64,000 nt of DNA from Eledone cirrhosa (lineage: Eukaryota): positions 243,722,001 through 243,786,000 of the forward strand of contig OZ024742.1 of assembly GCA_964016885.1 (NCBI GenBank), given 5' to 3'. Every line of letters starts with the position of its first letter. The stretch's first letter is position 1. Of the stretch, positions 1-12,205 are shown one piece after another. The notes below the pieces were generated by a model that saw nothing but the letters and a program-made list of their open reading frames with translations, searched no databases and had not been told where the DNA came from. The translations under genes and the position numbers were made by a program.

Positions 1-94
1 TCTTGCTCAAGGAAACAACACATCACCCGGTCTGAGAATTAACTCCACAACCTTTCGATTGCAAGCCCAATGCTCTATCCACTAAGCCATGTGG
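1..94 (-). mobile_element. tRNA-headed SINE family A, 5' head (cut by window edge)
   Basis: Reverse complement gives CACATGGCTTAGTGGATAGAGCATTGGGCTTGCAATCGAAAGGTTGTGGAGTT..., matching the head of the full copy at 46025. Confidence 0.85.
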
Positions 95-111
95 ATAGAG
101 CATTGGACTTC

Positions 112-147
<36 letters not shown>

Positions 148-153
148 GTATGT

Positions 154-770
154 ACAGAGATGTCAGGTCACCAGTTGGTGCTACTGGTAACATGTATCCC
201 ATTACAACCTGTCTCATGGTCGGGTCGTTGGCGACTAAACTGGCAACCCCACCAATGTTTCTTGGTGAGGAGGGTGACTTTGGACATCCCGCAGGACTAA
301 AAACAAAACCTGTCAAAGGGCAAAGGAGCTCTTAAGAGTCAATGGCCATCCAAAATCACCGGGAGAGATGACCCCTTAGCCTTTGTCAAGGCAGAATTCT
401 AGGAGAAGGAAAATTCTGATATAACACCTGCAACCCTGATGGTATCCAATGATGTTGACTTGTTCTTCTTTTTGGTAAATATCATCTTGGTTAAGAGAGT
501 GGGACTGGCTTTGTGCAATGCCTTTGCTCACTATAAAAGCTTCACGGCACAGACATTGCTTTATATCTGGAGATTTCTCTGCACTTGTCGTCACATGGTA
601 CCATGGGCCCAGCACTGTGTGTCAATAATTGTCACAAGTGTAGTGTTTGTACCAGAGTTTTCAAGTCGCTGGCTGGACTAAAAGTCACACTCGTTCAGCG
701 CATCGGTAGGGGTTCTCCTACATGGATATAAAGTAGTGGCCGTACTCGAAAACGAGTTGGCAGCCACTAT
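154..770 (+). mobile_element. Non-coding retroposon, type 1 (probably RTE-derived non-autonomous)
   Basis: 3' half recurs almost identically at 42276-42570 with the same 3' end (GAGTTGGCAGCCAC) and 5' truncation; contains GGCGACTAAACTGGCAACC and TCTAGGAGAAGGAAAA motifs. Confidence 0.7.
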
Positions 771-771
771 G

Positions 772-1310
772 TACAGAGATATGTCGGGTCACTCTTGAGT
801 GCTACTGGTAACATGTAACCCAGTACAACCTGTCGCATGTCGGGTCATCGGCGACTAAACTGGCAACCCCACCAAGTTTACTTGGTGAGGACGGTGATTT
901 TGGACACTCTGCAAGACAAAAAACAAAACCTGACAAAGAGCAGAACTCATAAGAGTCAACGGCTATCCAAAAGTGTGTAAATATGTATATACACATGTAC
1001 AACATGGTTAAACCACTGGGAGTGAAGGACCCCTAGCCTTTGTCAGGGCACTTTTCTAGGAGAAGGCAACTCAGAAAACTGGGATAACTCTGATATAAAA
1101 CCTGCGGCTCAGTAGTTACCGATGATGTTGATCTTTTCTTCTTTTCGGGTTATAGCTACTGTCGCTCAGAGAGTGGGATTGGCTCAGTGCACAGTCTTTC
1201 CTCACTTTAAAAAATATCTTCACGCACAGGCATTGCACGATAGGATTAATAATTATTAATAATGGTATATCATGCAATGGCCATACTCGATAACGAGGGG
1301 CAGCCATCAT
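772..1310 (+). mobile_element. Non-coding retroposon, type 2 (paralog of type 1)
   Basis: First ~200 nt align with 154-355; 3' part recurs at 38828-39107, ending GGCAGCCATCAT. Confidence 0.7.
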
Positions 1311-2139
1311 ATACAGAGATAGGTGGTGAAGATAAAAAAAAAGGTGCAAATTGGTAGAGAGTGCCTATTGGATAGACTGCCTTGTGGTATTTATTCTATT
1401 TCTTTGGGTTCAAAATTCAATTCCTACCAAGATCAACTTATCTATCCATTCTGTTGGAGTTGAGAAATAAAGTGCCAGTGAAGAACTTGAATCAATTCTT
1501 TTTTCTCTCATTCTCTCTTAGAATTGGCTATAGCTGACAATATACTCCTGATGGGAGGCAACATGAAACCACCTTTGTATTCTCCTATCAAAATTCCATA
1601 GTGTTTGTCAATGAAATCAGCCGTTGTTTGTCAACTAGATGGCACAAGGAAGGAAGATGGGAGTCAATCTATAGAATGTATTTGAACATAATGCTGGGAT
1701 GTTTGTGAAGCCAATCCCTTTGATTGTTAGATAGAGCTGAAAATTCTGAATGTATCAGAGAAAGAGAAAAATAAAAGAAAGTCCATGAAATTTGGTGCAA
1801 TTAAACACAACATAAAAAATAGGGGTGAAGATAAAAATATTTATTTTCACTCTAAGAATGCTGATTCTCTGGATTAAGAAGTAAAAAGCGAGAAGTCTTT
1901 AAAATTGATGGGGACTACTCTTGACAAAATAGTAGAATGTCTAAATTTAAGCTGATTTGTAATTGATCAAAGAAAGAAGTTGGCAGTGGTACCTATAAAA
2001 GTTTCACTTCAATAATAGTCAGCAATCAAACCTTACAATAGGATATGAAAGGTCATTGTTTGGAATCAATTTTAAATACTTTCTCTGTATTAAATAAAGA
2101 CTCTGTGTATTACTTGAACTGACTGATTGAGGCACACTG

Positions 2140-2443
2140 TCAGCTGCAACAACAACTGTTCCAGTTGATCTGATCAATGGAACAGCCTGCTTGTGAAATT
2201 AACGTGCAAGTGGCTAATCATTCCACAAACATGCGTATCTATAATGTAGTTCTCAGGGAGATTCAGTGTGACACAGTGTGTGACAAGGCTGGCCATTCAA
2301 ATGACAGGCACAACTCATTTTTGCCAACTAAGTGGATTGGAGCAATGTGAAATAAAGTGTTTTGCTCAAGGACAAAACGTGCCGCTGGGAATCAAATTCA
2401 TGATCTTACAACTGTAAGCCAAATACCCTAACCACAAAGCCAT
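2140..2443 (-). mobile_element. tRNA-headed SINE family B
   Basis: Homologous to 35712-36020 and 59632-59800; shares the GGAGCAATGTGAAATAAAGTG...GCTCAAGG core with family A but has a different tail. Confidence 0.75.
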
Positions 2444-2534
2444 TTAGATGTGAGCTATTTAGATGCAGTTAATTAATTAGGTTCTGGAAGAAGGTAAATG
2501 TTTTCAGTTATCTTATTAGTAGTCTCAAAGGTAG

Positions 2535-2700
2535 AGGATTGGCAGAATCATTAGGACAAAATGCTTTGTGACATTTAGTTACACCCCTTTATATTCTGAG
2601 TTCAATTCTCATCTAAGTCAACTTTGCCTTCCATCCTTCTGGGAGTCCATAAAATTATGTACCAGTAATGTATTGGTCTAAATATACTCAAACTCCCCTT
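2535..2700 (+). mobile_element. SINE family C, degenerate
   Basis: TGGCAGAATC head, TCTGAGTTCAATTC B-box and AACTTTGCCTTCCATCCTT...GTACCAGTAAT body as in 62678-62866. Confidence 0.65.
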
Positions 2701-2705
2701 CTCAA

Positions 2706-2861
2706 CAGTCCCTATCATCTCATTTCTACAGCTGAGTAAACTGGAGCAATGTGAAATAAAGTGTCTTGCTCAAGGAAACAACACATCACCCGGTCTGAGA
2801 ATTGAACTCACAACCTTTCGATTGCAAGGCCAATGCTCTAACCACTAAGCCATGTGCCTCC
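2706..2861 (-). mobile_element. SINE family A, head plus core, tail missing
   Basis: Near identical to 3423-3576. Confidence 0.85.
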
Positions 2862-3243
2862 ATAAATGATATATATATATATAAATGACAGGTGCAGCTG
2901 TAACTGTTTGATCAGTTCTGTTTTGCAGAAAGTTTAGCTATCTGTTGTTCTGAAGGACTTTTTACCTGCGCTGATGAAGTATATGGAATAAGTTATGTAA
3001 TGTCTTAACAGAATACATAACCACTGTGAATGACAGGTGCATCTGTAATTATCTGATCAGTTCTGTTTTGAAGAAATTAACGTTAGTCCGAGTATTATAT
3101 ATGCAATTATCATTTCCCACGTTGCTGCTGTATCCATTACTATGAGCTAGTACAGTCTTATGTTAAAGTCCTGTACCTTATTGAGTAAGTAATGGACTGG
3201 CTAGAGCTATTCAGATCTTTCTTCAGATAGCTTTGATTACAAA

Positions 3244-3576
3244 TCATCATCATCACTTTACGTCCGCTTTTCCCTGCTTGCAAGGGTGGGACGGGAACTG
3301 ATTCTGGCTTGATTTCTACAGCTGGATGCCCTTCCTAACACCAACCTCATTTACAGTAAGTGGTGGGTGCTTTTTTACCGTGGCACCTACACGACCACTT
3401 TGCAGTGGAATGATAGGGACCCCAGTCCCTATCATCTCATTTCTACAGCTGAGTAAACTGGAGCAATGTGAAATAAAGTCTTGCTCAAGGAAACAACACA
3501 TCACCCGGTCTGAGAATTGAACTCACAACCTTTCGATTGCAAGGCCAATGCTCTAACCACTAAGCCATGTGCCTCC
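3244..3576 (-). mobile_element. SINE family A, full length
   Basis: A-box TGGCTTAGTGG, B-box GAGTTCAATTC, RTE-type 3' stem-loop and (TGA)n tail on the minus strand. Confidence 0.9.
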
Positions 3577-3619
3577 ATATATATATATATATCATCATCA
3601 TTTTTATAGGATGTGTAGC

Positions 3620-3900
3620 AGCCTTATGAAGTACTTCACTCAAATGCCTGAATTTTTCGTTTCCTGTCAGATGTAAGAGTCCAGCTCTCACACACATATG
3701 AAAGTACCAAAGTCACGAGAAACTTGTACAATTCTACCCTCATCGGAAAACTAATGGAGCTGCTTTTCCATATGATATTCAGCTTCATCATGGCAGAAAA
3801 GGCCAGGCCAAGTCTTGTCATTATCTCCTTTAGTGATCTGCCATTCATGGTCAAGGAGGATCCTAGTTATTTAAAGGTGTCCACTTCTTCAAGTTATCCT
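3620..3900 (-). pseudogene. RTE-clade LINE ORF fragment (C-terminal to RT)
   Basis: KEIMTRLGLAFSAMMKLNIIWKSSSISFPMRVELYK...SYVCESWTL...KIQAFE is typical RTE post-RT sequence. Confidence 0.75.
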
Positions 3901-3981
3901 ACATTCAGAATAATGTATACATATATATGCATGTATGTGTCTGTGTGTGTGTGTACATATCTAACCACATGAGACATATAT

Positions 3982-5310
3982 GTTGTTGTTGTTCTTCTTC
4001 TCCTCCTCCTTGCTCTTGCTCGACGAGCTTGGGGTCATCACTCATAGAGCTAACCAGGTCCACCAGCTCCCTCCATCATTGGTGGTCCCGTGCCAGCTCT
4101 TCTGCAACCTCCAAGGTGATGTTGAACCTCCAGAGATCTTCCCTGATGTTCATCCAGCCATCTGGTGCAGAGCCTCTTCCAGCGCTGCATTGAACAAGAG
4201 TAAGGCTTTGGTAGGATGATCTGGTGGAAAGTGGATGACATATCCATACTAGTGCACGCAGCGGATAGCCATGAGGCAGAAAGCTGTGGGCTGATGTGTG
4301 CACGTATGCAACTCTTTGTTGGAAATGTGGTGGTCCCATCTGATGTTTTTGATGGTCCTCAGGGCTCTGCTATCAAAGCTGTCAATCCTCTTTGCCAGGG
4401 TCTTTGTGAGGGGCCATGTTTCTGCTCAACAGAGAAGAATGGAGAGGACCGATGCATTGTAAATACGGAGCTTTGTCTTCTAGGAGATTGAGCAGTGGTG
4501 CCAAAGGGGCTTTCATAAGGAGTGCATGACCTTGGCAGCTAGGCCACATCTGTAGTTGATCACCAGGATCAAGTCCCCTTTGTTGGTGACAGTCGAGCCC
4601 AGGTAAATAAAAGAGTTGACAAACTCCATGAAGCAGAGGAGGATCCGGGCCATTGCCGACATGTATCAGCTTTTCTTTGCCCAGCTTACCTGAAGGCCAA
4701 GCTTTGCTGATTCCTCTGAGTATATGGTCAGTGCATCTCTGAGTTGATTGATCAAGTTGCTGAATAGGGTGGTGTTGTCTGCGTACAGAACAGGGTGGTA
4801 ATCTTGGGAGGTGTATCGACAAGCTGGAGAATTTTCCAGAGGGATGCGTGGTCAACTTTGTCGAAAGCCACCTTGAGGTCGATGAAGGCAACGTATAGCC
4901 AACGATCTCTACAGAACTTCCGAGATCTTTTGATAATGAGGTGGAGGACAGAGGTGTGGTCAGCGGTGGATCGATTAGGCATGAATCTGGCTTGTTGTGG
5001 GTGACGTCCATTTTTAATGGCTTGAAGAGCACAGTTGAGGAGGATCTTGGTGAAGACTTTGCTTTTGATGGAGAGAAGGGTGATGCCCATGTGGTTGCTG
5101 CAGGCAAGTTTATCGCCCTTTTGTTTCTAGAAGTGGAGGATAATGCTTCAGGTCCAGTCATTTGGGAGCTGCTCTGACACCCATACATGGTTGATGATAC
5201 AGGTGACCCACTGGATCATGTTATCTCCGCCCGCCTTCAACATCTCCATGGTGATAGTGCAGAATCCAGGGGCTTTGTTGCTTGAGTTTCTTCAAGGTGG
5301 CTCTGAACAT
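3982..5310 (-). pseudogene. Degenerate RTE-like LINE, RT region to 3' end
   Basis: ITLLSIKSKVFTKIL, QQARFMPNRSTADH and VAFIDLKVAFDKVDH RT motifs, frameshifted; simple-repeat tail near 3982-4010. Confidence 0.8.
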
Positions 5311-5339
5311 GATTTAAAAACATATTTTTAAGTGAATGT

Positions 5340-5870
5340 GACCCAAGGGGTGACAGGTAATCTAGTTGCTTATAATCCTTTTTATTACCTCTATGGTAAC
5401 TTCAATGTCTTGGCTGCAGCACCTGTCAGGATGTGTCTTAATAGAAGAAATTCTTGTTGTTATGTGCTCTGTGATCTGTATGTGCAACATCTGGATGGTA
5501 CTTCCAATGTACGAGGAGCTACATTTCTTACATGTGATCTTGTAGATCACATACACTCTCATGCACACTTCTGTGTTGTTGATGAGATAATTAGGAAGTG
5601 TGCATATATTGCTGTATGTGGGTTGGTGTTTGTGGAACAGTCTCCTCAATGAGAGACCTGAGTGCACCAGTTGTATATTCAGTCCCTCCCCACAGAAGGC
5701 TTGTCTGATGGCATCTGTTGTTTTCTCATTGAAATATGGCAGCTTTATGTAGCATATGTTATCTCTAAGGGCATGTGTCCTTATTATTTTAAGTTTTGCT
5801 GCCTTGGAATTTCAGTGTTTAGTGAGAGAAGTAGGGTGGCTGTTTTCGGTGAGAACTCTCTGGAATTCCT
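5340..5870 (-). pseudogene. Penelope-like element remnant: GIY-YIG endonuclease region
   Basis: Minus strand reads ...YIKLPYFNEK...VIYKITCKKCSSSYIGST...ITEH, i.e. GIY-YIG with CxxC as in PLEs. Confidence 0.8.
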
Positions 5871-5871
5871 A

Positions 5872-6300
5872 CGTTCTGGCATGTTGCTCCACAGACACCA
5901 GCCCACATACAGTGATATGTACACACTACCTAATTGTCCCATCAACAATGCAGAAGTGTGCATGAGGGCATATGTGGTCTATAAGATCACATGTAAAAAA
6001 TGTAACTCCTCACAGTCAAGATATTGAGATCACCATAGTGGTAACAGAAAGGAATATAGGCAATTTAAGAATCAAAGAGGCTATTATTATAAACTGGAAA
6101 AACCACAAATAAATAATAGATTGGAAATGTACAAGGCAGGCTGATTACTATAAAGACTTCATGCATGCATATTACAGACATGCAGGTCACACATGGATTG
6201 TTCATTTAGTTTTGAACTGTTTCGATACCATATTTGAAAAGAGGGTTATAGCTCTGAAATATCATGTTGAAATACACTGGGTAAAACATTATTTTATTTT
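5872..6300 (+). pseudogene. Second, inverted copy of the same Penelope GIY-YIG region plus 3' end
   Basis: HQPTYSDMYTLPNCPINNAEVCMRAYVVYKITCKKCNSS on +, then internal deletion and LRIKEAIII-like C-terminus. Confidence 0.75.
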
Positions 6301-6679
6301 GTTTCATTAGCTCTTCATATTTTTCTACCGCATTGTACTGGCTTTTTGAAAATTATTGGTCTTTTATTACATATTTCACACTAATATATATATGTGTTAT
6401 CATTTGTTATATTTATTCATACCACATCATAGCATTGATTAATGATAATGATCTAGATATGTGAACAACTGACAATACCATCCACTCTCAAGAATATTGA
6501 ACATTTAGCAAAATTTTGATATTCTATTATTTGAGTTTGCAGAAAATTTTCATAAGAATTATTGTGTAAAATGCCATATTTATTGCTGTAGTATCACTAC
6601 TAACCACTCACTATACTCAAACTCTAATTTATATATTTGTATGTAATTTCATACATTATATATATATATAAAAGCCGAC

Positions 6680-7073
6680 CTTACGCAATTACACCTCTCA
6701 AAGGCGATGACACACGACCGTGACCTCTGGCGTCACGCAGTAATACAGAGTACCCGACCTCCCATGGGTACAAGCTGAAGCATATAAACAATATGCCCCC
6801 ACACCCTCCCACTGCAAGGTGGTCGTGGAGGTGCCACAGCAAAAAAGCACCCAGCCCACACTGTAAAGTGGACGTGTAGGCGCCACGGAAAAAGCACCCA
6901 GCACTCACTGTAAATGAGGTTGGTGCTAGGAAGGGCATCCAGCTGTAGAAATCAAGCCAAAATCAGTTCCTGTATGAGCAAGGCATGGTCAGCCGACCAG
7001 ACACTGCCCACAACAGGACAACCCGTCTAACCCATGCTAGCGTGGAAGAACGGACGTAAAACGGTGATGATGA
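6680..7073 (+). mobile_element. RTE subfamily 2 3' end (5'-truncated)
   Basis: Aligns with 19858-20322; ends CCCATGCTAGCGTGG...GGACGTAAAACGGTGATGATGA. Confidence 0.7.
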
Positions 7074-7207
7074 TAAAATATATTAATTTAATGCTTGATA
7101 TAGTAGGAAAAATGTTTTAACATTTCAGACATTAGTCCTTCATTGGAAGATAGAATGAGAGATAGAAGAAATATAAGGATAGGAAAGAGTAAGAAAAGGA
7201 GGAAAGC

Positions 7208-7241
<34 letters not shown>

Positions 7242-7267
7242 TCCTCCCTTTCTTACTCTTTCCTATC

Positions 7268-7338
<71 letters not shown>

Positions 7339-7791
7339 TCATCGTTGTTTTTGTGCTGACTCTTCCATGTTGGCATGGGTTGGGTAGGACCTTTTGAGGC
7401 AATGTTTTACAGTCAGATACCCTTCTTGTCACCAACCTTTTAAGTTGCTTCTTACAATATGCAGGGATGGTGTACCTATTCTTAACTTGATATACACTTT
7501 AATTGATCTTTTATACTTTAAGCCCACTCTTATTGAATCGTGGAAGGGAGAAAGTCAAGGATGGAATGGCCTTTTCGCTTTTTGGAATAGAAACTGAGTT
7601 ATGGTTTCTGTTCAATAGAAGTTAATAAAAAAAAATTAAATTTTTTAATTGTGTGGTCGATTGAGTAACTGCTTATATTTTTTAAGTAGTAAAAAATAAG
7701 TTGGCAATTACAGCCTTGAACACTGTCGTTAGAAGTTTATCTTCCGTAAACTCAAGGGCTCATGCTCTCATCTATATCAATGCGTGCGCGC

Positions 7792-7838
<47 letters not shown>

Positions 7839-10800
7839 CATACATACACACACTCACTCACATGTACCTCTCTATGTAAACACATTCCTATTAAGATGTG
7901 TACCCGCATAGTGAAAGTGTGTAAGCAAGTACTTATATGTATATTTACATGAAACTATGTAGCTCTAACACATATCTCACATTGTCAGACATGAAGATCA
8001 GTGACAATAACAGGGACAGCAACATTCCGAGCCAACGAGGGACCTTTTTCTTTGGCATTCGATTTGCTAGAAATAGCAGCTAAATTTCCTCCAAATCACT
8101 TTCTGTCGTCTTTAACAAGGAAAGAATTTATTAGATAATGCAGTTCTACATGCCGCCAATGTCTTTTGATAATAGTTCTGTTCGATCAGGGTTGACCTGA
8201 TGTTAAACAACGCGAACAACAGCACCAACAATAACAGAAACTTAAACAGTGAATGTCATATAATGACTTCGATGATGTAGAAATGTTGTTTCCCTTTTGA
8301 ACTTGACAAATTTTGATTTCTTTTGACTAAGCACAAGTCAATTTTTAGAGGGGCCGAATAAAACTGACCGAAGTTATGAAAAGTAACATCGAATCTGGGT
8401 GAATTTGAAACAGCTCTCTACACATTTACAACCCTTTTTAAAAATCAAATACAAGAAAGACAACTACATTCCATAACATTTTCTTTTTTACTAGGTATAA
8501 TGCCATCTTTTGTAGAAAAGATATATAGCCATAGTTAAATCTATATCAGAATCTACTTGTTTTACCTATCCCGTAGTGATGAAAGATAAACTGGATCCCA
8601 AGCTGGATTTGAACTTAGAACGTACAGAGGACAAGACAAAATACTTGAATAAATAAAATTAAAAGAATTAATTAATTAGGAGCAAATAAGATTTTTAAGT
8701 AGTAAAAAATAAGTTGGCAATTACACATGATTTCGTCACATCCAGTTAATTGTCATAATTATGCAAACACTATTAAAATATCAGGCATTAGATAGGAGGG
8801 GTAAAATAATAATTAAAATTTTTCATTAGTTGTTTTAGGCACCCAACACTAGTCAATTTGAAATCATGAATATTTAAAGTGAAAAACCAACATTATTGAT
8901 GCGAATTTATGTCTGCTTAACTACAGCGATACACAATGTATTTTTGCTGTTATTGACATATATTACACCCTTTCTCTCTCTCTCTATATATATATAAATA
9001 AATATATATATATCTACACACAAACATTAGTTTTTTATTGATTATTATTGTGTAACGAAAGCGTCTCTCTATGCTTGTGTGTACACAATGTACATATACA
9101 ATATAAATGTATAAATATATATATAGTCATAAGTATGTGTAATCTATGTACCTATTCACTGTATACAGTCTATTTACGAATATAACCCCCCCCCTTCTTT
9201 CTCTCTCCCGTGCATTTACAGTACATATAACCTATTTAAGAATGTACACACTCGGCAATGTCTATAAATATGTACTGTATTAAATATCTATCTACATCTT
9301 TGTATCTATGAATGTATGTATGAATCTATCTAACTGGCTTTTACCTCCGTATTTCGTGTGTATCAATGCTTGTATCCACACACACAAATATATATACATA
9401 TATTATCTCTACACAATGTATTATCTTACTAAATAAACTCAACTTTCTTGATAGCTGCGTATATTGTGTCTGTGTGTGCGTGTTTTACATTTTCTCCGCA
9501 TACACGGCACGGTTACCCCCACCCTAAACAATCATGCACACACACACATAGACACATAATTGAAATGAATGCATACAGGAATGAGGTAAAAAAAAAACTT
9601 TATAATAATAATAATCGAAGAGATGCTTTTGGTTTCTGTTAATTTCTTTCTCGTGACTTGGCCGAGCCTTTGCCAAGAAGAGGCGCGCACCAACCAACAA
9701 GACATCACTTCAGCCCAACTACTATTACGTCTTTAAAGCAGGCAATAGCTCTCTATATCATTCTATATACCACTCTACCACCCAGGCTCTTTCCCTCACT
9801 CTCTTCTTCTCCGATAACAAAAATCCCATCCTGTTATCTGATAAACATACTCAAAACTGATTTCTTCTGTTAATCTATTTTTTCTTTCTTTTCTTCCTAG
9901 TTTCGGGTGGCGGCGACTAGTAAGACGAAGTGATGATGGTGATAGTAAGAGTAGCAGGAGGTAAGAGTAAGACCAGGAATAGAAAGAGTAGGAGGAATCT
10001 TCACGAAAATCATCAGATCAGGTCTTTTGACTTGGAATAATAATAATAATGTGTATATGTATATATATATATCTAAATATATATCGCGCACACACATATA
10101 TAACATACGTATTTGTGTGTAAAGACGTCTAAATGAAATAAATACATAAACAAATGAGCAAATGGATGAAAAGAGGAAGAAACAGAAAAGATGAAATGAA
10201 ACAAGATTAGAATAATCGGAGATAAAACAAAATAGTCTACTTTGGACGAAATATTTCGAAGAATAGTTAAATTTTTTTCTTTGTGTAGTGTACATGAATG
10301 TATGGCTTCATCTCTCCCTATCTCTCGTATATATATATATATGTGTGTGTGTATGTTCGTTCATGTCTACATTGTGTGAATATCGGCGTTTGCGTATGCT
10401 TTACATCTGTGTTCATTCGTACGTTTTATAAAAGCGTTGATGTGTTTAGATTCTTATATGCGTGTATCTGCATTCTATGCGCCTATATATCCAACCCTGC
10501 ATGTATGTAAGTCTACAAGTATACCTCATATATGTATATTTTGTGTGATTGTCTCGATTTCTACATAGCTGATATATGAAAGTGTGCATCTCTGCGTGTT
10601 GTATATGCTTAAATGTGTTCGTGTGTATACCTTTTATATAATAAGGTAGTGCGAGTGTGTATGTATGTACATAGACAGATAGATATGTGTGTGTGTGGTT
10701 TAAATGTTTCTTGTTTGAAGTAACAAACCCACCAGTTCTAATATATTTATTTAATATTTTTATTTTTATTTAATTTCCATCTTATTCTATTTGACGGTTT

Positions 10801-12205
10801 GATGGCTTTCTAGTAAGTTTAATTGGCCTCAGTCAAACAGCAGCAGCAACAACGAAATATAGCAAGTAGCAAGCTTGCTTGGCAGTTCTCAGAGCGACTG
10901 ACAGATAAAATAAAACAAATAGAATAATAATGATAATTATTATTATAAATAAAAGCATTTCAGAAAGACAGAAAAAAAGAGAGAGTGAGAGAAGAAAAAT
11001 GGAAAATACGAACAAAAACAACAACGATAAACGATTACAGGATAATAATTGATCCTTTTTGTTTTGCTCCAGAAAGTGTGGAACATACTATATATATATA
11101 TATATATATTTGTGTGTGTGTGTGTGTATACACACACACAATGTCCAGCCCTTGCTAGCAGGGAAAACTGGCATTATATGATTATATATATATATAATTA
11201 AGGGTGGAGTCACGATGAAGGTCGGGAAGTGACCACAGCTAAAAAAGGCACTCAATACGTTGGTAGAGTATGGGCATCTTTATTTTGTATAGAAATGACT
11301 TCTACACGACTAGATCTGTTTCACTTATATGAAATTATTTTTTCATATGAATGAAACAGCTCTAGCCATGAAGAAGTCATCTCTCTCTCTCTATCTATTT
11401 ATCTCTATATATATCATATGCATACATAGTATATATAATAAATATGTGTGTAATAAATCATCATGGTTTAACGACATTTGTTTTTCATAGTGGCATGGGT
11501 TGGACAATATACATACGACCCTTCTATTGCTTGATGCCTTTCCTATCACCAACCCCTTTATACAGTGTACTAGGAGCATTTATTGTGTGAATCACCAACA
11601 CTTGGGCGAGGAGTTCTCCCAACCGTTTGTTTGACAGTTCTTATATAGCCTTTCCTATCACCAACTACTTTACAGAATGTAGGGAGTGCATTTTTCGTGG
11701 CACCAGCACTAGAGAAGTTGTTGATCATTTACTCTACTGAAGATATCTTTACCCTAGAGAGAGGAACAGTATGACTGGCTGGGGGTAACAGGGATGGTGT
11801 GTATGGTGTCATGGGTGTATGACAAGTGTGGTGAAGTGGTGGGATTGAATGGGTAAAGAATAGGAAGGGATGTGATGATCAAAGCTACTAAAGAGCTTAG
11901 ACTGGTATGTCAGGATTTTTTTTTTTGTGGGATGTGATCCTGGATAGATAGTGAGGGTGTTAGAATTTAAGTGGGGTGGTGATCCTGGCGATCAGACAGC
12001 AACTGGGATACCACAGCCCTGACCGAAGGAGCTCTAACATGTTCATTACATTAAATGTTATCCCACTGAGGTCAAATCTGCTTTTTAAACTTTCTGTGTT
12101 AATAAAATAATGTACCAGTCTAATACTGAGATCAATTTTATCGATTTACCCATTCCACCCCAACTTGCTATCCTTGTGCTTAATTTTGAAACCATTACAT
12201 ATATA

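Noticed and set aside
1545-1585. CTGATGG...GAAAC hammerhead-like string
   Set aside because: A9 is mutated and there is no convincing stem II or III
2965-3000. CTGATGA box (similar isolated boxes near 37426, 50900 minus, 52361, 57363 and 57610)
   Set aside because: No stem II-GAAA-stem III arrangement follows
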